A DNA stretch of 56,441 nt from Pseudomonadota bacterium (lineage in GTDB: Bacteria; Desulfobacterota; WTBG01; JAGOGO01), in assembly GCA_043798555.1 (NCBI GenBank), contig JAZDOO010000406.1, positions 1 to 56,441 of the forward strand, given 5' to 3'. The translations under genes and the position numbers were made by a program. Positions 45,572 to 53,844 of the stretch are shown here, piece by piece. Positions within the stretch are counted from its first letter, which is position 1, and every line of letters starts with the position of its first letter. The notes beneath the pieces are model-generated. The model searched no databases. It saw only the letters and a list, made by a program, of their open reading frames with translations, and was not told the origin of the DNA.

Positions 45572-47635
45572 ATGTCCATACCAACCGCTGAGCAAAAACT
45601 CCAATGGTTGAAGCCAGCTCCCTTGGCAAAAAACGAGTCGGAGTGCGTAGATAAGCTTGCAACGGGAGAGTTTGAAGTTGGGTTTGAAAGAACCAATAAT
45701 ATCCTGGATGAGGCTATGGAAGTCTTTGAACGATCTGCTCGAACATCTATGGGAATTGCGGGCGATTCCATGGTAGCCCTTTTTACCGCAAGTGGAGATT
45801 TAGCCAATGCGAGTTGTGGCACTTATCTTCATGCAGTTATTCAACCTGTATTAATCAAGTTTATTCTTAACAACTATGCTGAGAATCCTGGAATCAACGA
45901 TGGAGATATTTGGTTCACTAATGACGCACTCTATGGAGGAATTCACAACCCCGATCAGGTATGTGTAATGCCCATCTTTTACAAAGACGAGCTTATCGGG
46001 TGGGCAGGAGCTGCTAATCACACAACCGAGACCGGAGCGATAGAGCCTGGTGGGATGCCAATTACCGCAACAAGCAGGTTTGCAGAGGGAATGAATTTCC
46101 CTCCTATTAAAATAGGAGAAAATTTTAGAATTAAGAACGATTTTTTAGAATTGCTATCAGCCTTTGCAATTCGAGCTCCTCAGATGGTGATCATAGATCT
46201 TAAAGCAAGAGCCTCTGCTGCAGATAGAGTCAGAAAAAGAATCGTGGAGATGGCAGAAGATAAGGGCGGTGATTATGTAAAAGGTTTGCTAAGGAAAATG
46301 TTGATGGCGGCGGAAAATGGGGCGAGGAAAAGAATTCGTTCATTTCCTGATGGGAAGTACAGGTGTGTGAATTTCGCTGACAGTGTTGGTTTTGAGTCGG
46401 GTTTACTGCGTACGGCCTACTTAACTTTGACGAAAGAAGATGACCAGATTACCCTGGATTTTTCAGGAACCTCCCCTGAAACTCCCTATTCATACAATGC
46501 CCATGTTCAGGCTGTCGTTGGGCATATTTCAAACTTTGTTTTTGAGTATGTTTTCCATGACCTGCCTATAAGTAATGCCACCTTTGCCTCTATTAATTTC
46601 ATTTTCCCTAAGGGAAGTTGTTTAAATCCAGACATAAGGGCAGCCACCAGTAATTCAGTAATGATCTCAACCGGCGTCATGAGTAGCTTGCATAACTGTT
46701 TTAGCAAAATGATGATGGTGACCAACGAGCATTGGAAGCAAGTATCTGCCTCACAAGGTAATGCAGGGAATGCGATGGTTCTTTCCGGGCTTTCTCAGTG
46801 GAAACTCCCCTTTGCTGACATGTTGGCCTATTCACTAAACAGCGAAGGCCAAGGCGCAAGGGCCACGAAGGATGGCGTCAATGCCTTTGGTTTTCCCTGG
46901 TGTGTATTTGGGAGGACACCAGATGTTGAGGAAATGGAAAATGAATTTCCCATAACCATTCCGCTCTCCAATCATTGGAAGGATTCCTGTGGGCACGGAA
47001 AATATCGGGGTGGTGTGGGGACCATACAAGTCTGGGTGGCACACCATACGCAACGGGTCTATTTTATGGCTATAGCTGACAATAGTAAAATCCAGACACC
47101 GCAACCCCTTTTTGGCGGGTATGCCCCCGGTACAGTTCCTGGAATTTCTGCAACTAACACAGATTTTTATGAGAAAATGTCTTCCGGATCTCCTGATTTA
47201 ACCTGGGATTTCCGAGAATTAATTAAAAATAAAACTATCAAAGGTCAATGGTCCTATGAATACTTTGCGAGAGCCACCAGACCATTCAGCGAGGGGGATA
47301 TTATAACCTTTGGATTTGCTACCGGTGGTTCTGGTTATGGCGACCCATTGGACAGGGATCCTGAACTGGTCATAAAGGATCTAAGGGATGAGGTCATTTC
47401 TCACTGGTCAGCCAAAAATATTTACAAAGTCGCCTACGATGAAAAGCGGCTTAAAGTCAATCAGGAAGAAACGAGGAAGCTTAGGGAAGAAGAAAAGAAG
47501 GCCCGGCTTAAAAGAGGAAAGCCTTACAGCGAATTTGGAAAGGAATGGGTGAAAAAGAAACCACCTGAAGCGATCCTAAAGTTTTATGGTTCATGGCCTG
47601 ATGCCAAGGTACTGACCCACATCTTTAGGCCTTGA
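45572..47635 (+). CDS. Hydantoinase B/oxoprolinase (HyuB)-family subunit
   Basis: 687 aa. DGDIWFTNDALYGGIHNPDQ and GGSGYGDPLDRDPELV are typical HyuB blocks. RBS GAGGAG. Confidence 0.8.
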   Translation: MSIPTAEQKLQWLKPAPLAKNESECVDKLATGEFEVGFERTNNILDEAMEVFERSARTSMGIAGDSMVALFTASGDLANASCGTYLHAVIQPVLIKFILNNYAENPGINDGDIWFTNDALYGGIHNPDQVCVMPIFYKDELIGWAGAANHTTETGAIEPGGMPITATSRFAEGMNFPPIKIGENFRIKNDFLELLSAFAIRAPQMVIIDLKARASAADRVRKRIVEMAEDKGGDYVKGLLRKMLMAAENGARKRIRSFPDGKYRCVNFADSVGFESGLLRTAYLTLTKEDDQITLDFSGTSPETPYSYNAHVQAVVGHISNFVFEYVFHDLPISNATFASINFIFPKGSCLNPDIRAATSNSVMISTGVMSSLHNCFSKMMMVTNEHWKQVSASQGNAGNAMVLSGLSQWKLPFADMLAYSLNSEGQGARATKDGVNAFGFPWCVFGRTPDVEEMENEFPITIPLSNHWKDSCGHGKYRGGVGTIQVWVAHHTQRVYFMAIADNSKIQTPQPLFGGYAPGTVPGISATNTDFYEKMSSGSPDLTWDFRELIKNKTIKGQWSYEYFARATRPFSEGDIITFGFATGGSGYGDPLDRDPELVIKDLRDEVISHWSAKNIYKVAYDEKRLKVNQEETRKLREEEKKARLKRGKPYSEFGKEWVKKKPPEAILKFYGSWPDAKVLTHIFRP

Positions 47636-47645
47636 GAGTACCTCA

Positions 47646-48599
47646 ATGTCTCGGGTTAAGAACGAGTGTCTCAGGAAAGGTAAGCTTTTTGTCCCGATAA
47701 TCTTTTCGTTCGGTGCGGGGCTAGAAAACTTACCTTTGAAGGAATTCTTGGAGGACCCAACAAAGATTTCCAATTCCCTCCGAACGATCCATAACTATTT
47801 TCGCGTTGATGGTGTGGTTTGCGCTGATAAGACAATCTTACCTGAGGCCCTCGGATGTCATGTTGACTGGAGCAAATCCCCCCCCTTAATCCAACCCTCG
47901 TCAGCGAAAATAGATGAATTGGGTACCTGTGCGACGAACCTTTTTGAAAAAGGACGGGTGAAGACCGCTGTAGAAGTGACGCGAAGGCTCAGCATTCTTT
48001 TACCCGAAGCTTTCTTGATGGGTTTAGTTACAGGGCCATTGACACTGGCTGGCCAACTCACAGGACTCTCAGAAGCTGAGATTTTTGGTCATCGAGATCT
48101 CTTATCAATAACCAGTAATGCAATACTTACCTATTCTAAAGGTCTTTGCGACGCAGGTATTGACCTCCTTCTTTTTTCAGAAAGAGAGCTTCCGGGTTTA
48201 GACGAACAATCCCTAAAACAGTTGCGCCGATGTTATTCCCCGATCTGGAATACGGTTAGGTTCTATGAGGCTTTCCCTCTCCTGATGGTCGAAAACTTCT
48301 CACCGGAAGATGTCAACCTCATTAGTAAGGTTGTGGACGACCTAATCTTACCTGGTGGCTACGTTCCCGATAACTTGCAAAAGTTTAAGAGACTTTCGTT
48401 CGCTTTACCCGTTTCATTGCTTGAAAATGAGCCCGAAGACATTGAATCTTTTCTCGTAAAAAGCAGCATTGTCGCTGCCTTGAATTCTTCGACTCTCTTT
48501 CTATTGACAACCGACTCTGAGGTCCCCGGAAGCATTCATAAAGAATTTTTGATCAGAGGAGTTCAATCGATCAGGGACTTCCTGAAAAAAGGACCATAG
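47646..48599 (+). CDS. Uroporphyrinogen-decarboxylase (URO-D/MtaA)-fold family protein
   Basis: 317 aa. FLEDPTKISNSLRTIHNYFRVDGVVCADKTILPEALGCHVDWSKSPPLI follows the URO-D family N-terminal pattern (accessory helix, D..., ..EA.G). It starts 10 nt after the HyuB stop. Confidence 0.5.
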   Translation: MSRVKNECLRKGKLFVPIIFSFGAGLENLPLKEFLEDPTKISNSLRTIHNYFRVDGVVCADKTILPEALGCHVDWSKSPPLIQPSSAKIDELGTCATNLFEKGRVKTAVEVTRRLSILLPEAFLMGLVTGPLTLAGQLTGLSEAEIFGHRDLLSITSNAILTYSKGLCDAGIDLLLFSERELPGLDEQSLKQLRRCYSPIWNTVRFYEAFPLLMVENFSPEDVNLISKVVDDLILPGGYVPDNLQKFKRLSFALPVSLLENEPEDIESFLVKSSIVAALNSSTLFLLTTDSEVPGSIHKEFLIRGVQSIRDFLKKGP

Positions 48600-48773
48600 G
48601 GCGGCGCCGATACGGCCCTTTCCCTCTGGCGCATATTCGTTAGAGGGAAATGAGATTCTCCTATGTAAAGGCTCCGTCGGTAACTGCTTGGGCAGTGAAT
48701 CACTGCTGCCAATAAGTTAACGTTTTCATAGTCAACACAAGATAACCAAACCCTGCATACAAGGAGGAACGCC

Positions 48774-50120
48774 ATGAATATTACTTTGGAGAAGGCTACG
48801 GAAACCTTTAAGAAAAAGTTCAAAAAATCAGGGGGACTATGTGAGAGGGGGAGCAAATGGATTCCTGGAGGGTACAGCAGACATAGTCTTACCTTTGGGC
48901 CGCACGCTATCTATGTGGATCATGGGGAAGGCCAGTTCATTTACACGGTGGACGGGCATCGATTGCTTGACTTTCACAATAATTTTAGTTGCAGTGTCCT
49001 TGGACATAACCACCCCAAAATTAGACAGGCCCTGCTGGAATTAGTTCCGAGGGGGTTTTCTTTCGGCAACCCGATGGAACATGAGCACCGCTTAGCAGAG
49101 ATAATTTGTGAGCGGATCGAGTCGGTGGAGAAGGTTATATTTTCGTGTTCTGCAAGTGAGTCATGTCTCAGCGCGATTCGAATAGCCAGGGGAAATACCG
49201 GGAAAGACAAGATTGCTAAATTCGAGGGAGGTTATCATGGTATGGGTGATGAGTTTATGTTGTCACTCCATCCTTACCCGTACTTTTTCAGGGGTCCGGC
49301 AACTCGACCGATAGGATGGCCAAATACTGCGGGGATTCCATCGCATATTCAGCAAAATGTAGTTATTTTACCCCAGAACGATCTCGAAAGTTGTGAGCGG
49401 ATCCTGAAGGATGATGCTAAAGACTTAGCCTGCGTTATAATCGAGCTCCAGACAAGTGCGGGTGGTGCAATGGTGATGGAAAAAGAATTCGTGCATGGGC
49501 TTCGAGCAATTACTCAAGAGTTAGGTATCCTCCTGATTATAGATGAGACTGTGACCTTACGTACCTTCTATCACGGCATGCAAGGCTTCTATGGAGTCAA
49601 GCCCGATTTAACGGTGATGGGGAAAGTAATAGGGGGCGGTTTACCAATAGGGGCGGTAGGGGGACAGGAGAAATATTTCCATATGCACGAAACCGGGAAA
49701 GTCTATCACTCAGGTACTCATCATGGCCATCCCCTTGCAACTGCCGCTGGTATTGCCTGTATGGAAGTACTGGATGAGGTGACGTGTAATCGTATCAATA
49801 AAATGGGAGACCGACTTGCGCATGAACTCAACACCTGGGCTACTGAGAATACTTATCCATTTTATGTAATCGGTCATGGAGGTCATTTAGGATACGAATT
49901 TACCGATAAGCCAGGAAGAGTCTACCGGTCATGCCGTGATATGTTGGAGTATTCTAATGAAGAGCGTATGGCGACGTTTGCCTTTGAAATGGCAAATCGT
50001 GATATCTTCCCAATGTATCGAGGACTGATTGCTCTGTCAGAGCCAATGAATGATAATGATATTGACCTTTTTATCAATACCAGCAAGGAGCTTGTAGAAG
50101 GTATTCTTGCCGCTTCGTGA
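48774..50120 (+). CDS. Class III PLP aminotransferase, glutamate-1-semialdehyde aminomutase-like
   Basis: 448 aa. Motifs are LLDFHNNFSCSVLGHNHP and LIIDETVTLR, with the Schiff-base Lys in MGKVIGGGLPIGAVGG. RBS AAGGAGG. Confidence 0.8.
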   Translation: MNITLEKATETFKKKFKKSGGLCERGSKWIPGGYSRHSLTFGPHAIYVDHGEGQFIYTVDGHRLLDFHNNFSCSVLGHNHPKIRQALLELVPRGFSFGNPMEHEHRLAEIICERIESVEKVIFSCSASESCLSAIRIARGNTGKDKIAKFEGGYHGMGDEFMLSLHPYPYFFRGPATRPIGWPNTAGIPSHIQQNVVILPQNDLESCERILKDDAKDLACVIIELQTSAGGAMVMEKEFVHGLRAITQELGILLIIDETVTLRTFYHGMQGFYGVKPDLTVMGKVIGGGLPIGAVGGQEKYFHMHETGKVYHSGTHHGHPLATAAGIACMEVLDEVTCNRINKMGDRLAHELNTWATENTYPFYVIGHGGHLGYEFTDKPGRVYRSCRDMLEYSNEERMATFAFEMANRDIFPMYRGLIALSEPMNDNDIDLFINTSKELVEGILAAS

Positions 50121-50273
50121 GTTACATGCCAAGGGCTGATGAAAATTAGTTAAAGAAGGTAGTAAACCAAGATTTGCCTTTTGGTCTGAAGAAGGCTATA
50201 ATTTTGAAAAAAGGAAGCCTAATCAAGGTGCCGAGCCGAGTGATTAAGCTTGGGCATAAAAGGGAGGAAGAGC

Positions 50274-51602
50274 ATGCAAGAATATGGAAAATACTGGAAC
50301 GAACGCCTGGAAAGGTTGTCGCTGGAAGAATTCCATGAGGTCCAAGAAAAGGCGCTCTTGAGACAGCTTAAGTACGTAGGGGAGAATTCTGCTTTTTATC
50401 AGAGGAAATTCCGTAAAGCTGGACTTAAATTAGGAGACGTGAGAAGACTTGAAGACTTATCCAAGCTTCCCTTCACCGAGAAAAGTGAACTTCGTGACAG
50501 TCAAATGGAGAGTCCTCCTTTGGGTACTCATATTAGCTGTCCTATGAGCAAGGTAAAGAGGATATATTCCACGAGTGGGACTACTGGCAGGCCAACTTTT
50601 ATAGGCCTCACCGAGCATGACATAGATATGTGGCGTGAGACCGCTTGCAGGTCATTTTGGACTTGTGGACTCCGTGCTGATAGCATTGTGCCGCTCGTCG
50701 TGGCCCCCTTTTTAATAGCCGCCTCATACGCAGACGCTCTGCAAAAAATCGGTATGGTCGTTCCTATAGGAGTGGGAGCGACTGAAAGACTTATTGGGAC
50801 CTTTCAGTATATTGGGGCCAACGCCCTTTTGTCTACTTCCTCTTTCCCCTTACATTTTGCTGACTCCCTTGAGAAAAGAGGCATCGAACCAAAAAGCCTG
50901 GGGATTAAAATAATAGTGGCTGGAGGTGAGCCTGGGGCAGCTATTCCATCGGTCCGTCAGAAAGTTGAAGATATCTTCGGCTGCATATTCCTCGAAACGA
51001 TGGGAAACGGGGACATGTGTGGCCAAATGTGGGCGGAATGCGAATATAAACAGGGAATGCACTTCATTGCCCAAGGAATTGTTCACCCAGAAATAGTCGA
51101 CCCTGATACGGGCGAGGTGTTAGATATAAGGGAGGGAACTAAGGGCGAGTTAGTCTACACTGCTCTTGAGCGAGAGTGTATTCCCTTGGTTCGCTTTAGG
51201 ACGCGGGATCATATCGAAGTCACGCAGACAACGTGTAAGTGTGGGCGAACAGGATTTGGCATACGTGTTTTCGGGAGAACGGATGACATGATTATTGTTC
51301 AAGGAGTTAATGTATATCCTGCGGCAGTTCGGGATATAGTAGCAAGTTTAGCTCCTCGAACAACTGGTATTATCGAGGTTCAGTTATACGCTCCTCCTCC
51401 AAAAGGATGGGAGCCACCGATTCACATAAAGGTAGAATACGGGGAAGAGTCAGGGGATTTGGGTTCTCTCAAGAAGGAGACTGAATCTTTGATAAGGGAA
51501 AATCTAATCTTTCGTGCTGATGTTGAGCTAGTACCGGCAGGGAGCCTGCCGAGATACGAATACAAAGCTAAGTTAGTAAGAAAGCTGTATGAGAAAAAAT
51601 AG
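50274..51602 (+). CDS. Phenylacetate-CoA ligase (PaaK)-family CoA ligase, second copy
   Basis: LERLSLEEFHEVQEKALLRQL...FYQRKF is the N-terminal pattern and STSGTTGRPTF the nucleotide loop. The start is set at the ATG at 50274, behind GGGAGGAAG. Confidence 0.75.
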   Translation: MQEYGKYWNERLERLSLEEFHEVQEKALLRQLKYVGENSAFYQRKFRKAGLKLGDVRRLEDLSKLPFTEKSELRDSQMESPPLGTHISCPMSKVKRIYSTSGTTGRPTFIGLTEHDIDMWRETACRSFWTCGLRADSIVPLVVAPFLIAASYADALQKIGMVVPIGVGATERLIGTFQYIGANALLSTSSFPLHFADSLEKRGIEPKSLGIKIIVAGGEPGAAIPSVRQKVEDIFGCIFLETMGNGDMCGQMWAECEYKQGMHFIAQGIVHPEIVDPDTGEVLDIREGTKGELVYTALERECIPLVRFRTRDHIEVTQTTCKCGRTGFGIRVFGRTDDMIIVQGVNVYPAAVRDIVASLAPRTTGIIEVQLYAPPPKGWEPPIHIKVEYGEESGDLGSLKKETESLIRENLIFRADVELVPAGSLPRYEYKAKLVRKLYEKK

Positions 51603-51727
51603 AAATCAGTCAATCTGAGAAGACTTAGGAGAACGGGTTCATTCAATGCTCCCGAAAATCGAATGAATTTTAAGAGTAAGCATTGAGATAATAAGAAAAT
51701 AATGCCAAAAGGTAAGGAGATAAATAA

Positions 51728-53815
51728 ATGGGCAATAAAGGATATGCGGTTGGAGTAGATATCGGAGGGACATTCACAGATTTAGTCGCGATAGACGAAG
51801 AAGGAAATAGAACGGTCATTAAGACACCCAGTACCCCAGAAGATCCTTCTCTCGGAATGGTTAACGCACTCAAATTGGCAGCCGAAAGTTTAGAGATAGA
51901 TTTCAGTGAATTCTTAGGGAAGGTTTCGAGGATCTGCCATGGAACAACGGTCACGACCAATGCGGTCATTACTCGTTCTGGAGCCAAAATGGGCATGCTT
52001 ACCACAAAAGGGGTGAGAGACACGATAGAAGTCCGCCGAGGAATGAGAGAGCTCGAATACTTATATGATTACACATACTCCCAGCCTGAGCCATTATGTC
52101 CAAGAAATTTGAGAATCCCCATCGAAGAGAGGGTACAAGCTGATGGTTCAGTATATATTCCATTGAACGAGGATCAGGTTCGTAATGGAATAAAAAAATT
52201 TAGAAAAGAAGGGGTAGAGGCAATAGCAATCTGTTTTCTGTGGTCCTTTAGAAATCCAAGACATGAGCTGCGGGCAGCGGAGATATGTCGAGAGGAATTT
52301 CCAGAAGCTTACCTAAGTCTTTCCCATGAAGTTGCTCCAATCTTAGGAGAGTATCTCCGATTTCAGTCCACAACGATAAATGGGTACGTAGGTCCTATCA
52401 TCAAAAGATATATGACCTCTATGCGAAAAACACTGAATGATGCCGGGTATAAGGGGGCACTCCTCATTGTAACTTCCAGTGGAGGGGTGATGAGTCCTGA
52501 GGCAATTATGGAAAAAGCTGGCGTTACCCTGACGTCAGGTCCGGCAACTGGTCCGGTCGCTGGCATCTGGTATGGAGATCTTTACGGCATTGGCAGTTTA
52601 ATAACCATGGACATGGGCGGTACTAGCTTTGATACTTCTCTGGTCAAGAATCGGGAGATCTCAATTAGAGCTGGTCAAGTAGTGGCAGGAGTTTACCATA
52701 TTGGCTTACCCACAGTAGATGTTCATGCTATCGGTGCTGGCGGAGGAACTGTCGCCTGGTTGGATGAGGCAGGGGGAATCCATGTGGGGCCTCAAAGTGC
52801 CGGAGCTGATCCGGGGCCGGCTTGCTATATGAAAGGGGGTACAGAACCTACCGTCACCGATGCCAATTTAGTGCTGGGACGGTTAAACCCCGATTATTTT
52901 GTAGGTGGAAAGATCAAACTAAACAAAGACGCTTCAATAAAGGCCATTAAAAAAATTGCCGAGCCTAAAGGCATGACAGTGGAAGAAATTGCGAGGGCAA
53001 TTATCACTATTGCTGTTGTGAATATGACTGATGCTACCGAGGTCATAACAATTCGGCGAGGTGAAAATCCAAAAGATTACGGATTGCTTGTTGGTGGAGG
53101 AGCAGGCCCAGGCCATGCAGCTCAACTTGCTAAGACATTAGAGATTAAAAAGGTCATCATCCCTAGAGAATCTTCCATTTTCTGTGCCATGGGAGGAATT
53201 ATCTCGGATATTAGACATGATTATATTACCAGTTTAGAAACGCCCACTGAGGAGTTAGACTGGCGAAAAATAAATAACATAGTGAAAAGCATGAAAGCTG
53301 ACGCAAATAAAATGTTGACTGAAGAGAATGTCCCCATAGAAGAACGGTCGTATAGATTCTCTGCGGATATGAAATATATCGGGCAGTATCACGAAATCGA
53401 TGTCCAATGGCCTGATAAACAGAACTTCGCATATTCAGAAAAGGACATACCTGAAATTGTCGACCGGTTTCATGAAAGGCATGAGACCCTCTATGCCCAC
53501 CGCGATGAGGAAGGAAAAACATTTACTTCAAATCTTAAGTTAGCTGCTTTCGGTCACGTATCAAAAATAACGGCCAGGTTGATGCCTATTGGTGATAAAG
53601 ATACCAGTAAATACCAAAAAGGTACCCGCGATGTTTGGTTTGAAGAAACAGGCTTTACCCCCACACCAATCTATGATGGTGATGCCATGTTGCCAGGAGT
53701 GAAAGTTAAAGGACCTTGTGTCATTGAGCAAAGGACAACTACTATCGTTGTTCCACCTGAACACAGTGTTGAGGTTAGTGAATATGGAGATTTTATGATG
53801 AACGTACCAGTTTAG
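51728..53815 (+). CDS. Hydantoinase/oxoprolinase A (HyuA)-family ATPase subunit (second module)
   Basis: 695 aa. Motifs are VGVDIGGTFTDLVA and TMDMGGTSFD. Confidence 0.8.
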   Translation: MGNKGYAVGVDIGGTFTDLVAIDEEGNRTVIKTPSTPEDPSLGMVNALKLAAESLEIDFSEFLGKVSRICHGTTVTTNAVITRSGAKMGMLTTKGVRDTIEVRRGMRELEYLYDYTYSQPEPLCPRNLRIPIEERVQADGSVYIPLNEDQVRNGIKKFRKEGVEAIAICFLWSFRNPRHELRAAEICREEFPEAYLSLSHEVAPILGEYLRFQSTTINGYVGPIIKRYMTSMRKTLNDAGYKGALLIVTSSGGVMSPEAIMEKAGVTLTSGPATGPVAGIWYGDLYGIGSLITMDMGGTSFDTSLVKNREISIRAGQVVAGVYHIGLPTVDVHAIGAGGGTVAWLDEAGGIHVGPQSAGADPGPACYMKGGTEPTVTDANLVLGRLNPDYFVGGKIKLNKDASIKAIKKIAEPKGMTVEEIARAIITIAVVNMTDATEVITIRRGENPKDYGLLVGGGAGPGHAAQLAKTLEIKKVIIPRESSIFCAMGGIISDIRHDYITSLETPTEELDWRKINNIVKSMKADANKMLTEENVPIEERSYRFSADMKYIGQYHEIDVQWPDKQNFAYSEKDIPEIVDRFHERHETLYAHRDEEGKTFTSNLKLAAFGHVSKITARLMPIGDKDTSKYQKGTRDVWFEETGFTPTPIYDGDAMLPGVKVKGPCVIEQRTTTIVVPPEHSVEVSEYGDFMMNVPV

Positions 53816-53844
53816 AAAAATTTAAGGGAGGAGGTAATATAATT

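Noticed and set aside
48600-48773. CCCTCT-N14-AGAGGG inverted repeat as a terminator between the URO-D-like and aminotransferase genes
   Set aside because: The stem is short (6 bp), the loop is long and no U-tract follows. That is insufficient for a terminator call. The 174-nt gap may still hold an internal promoter.
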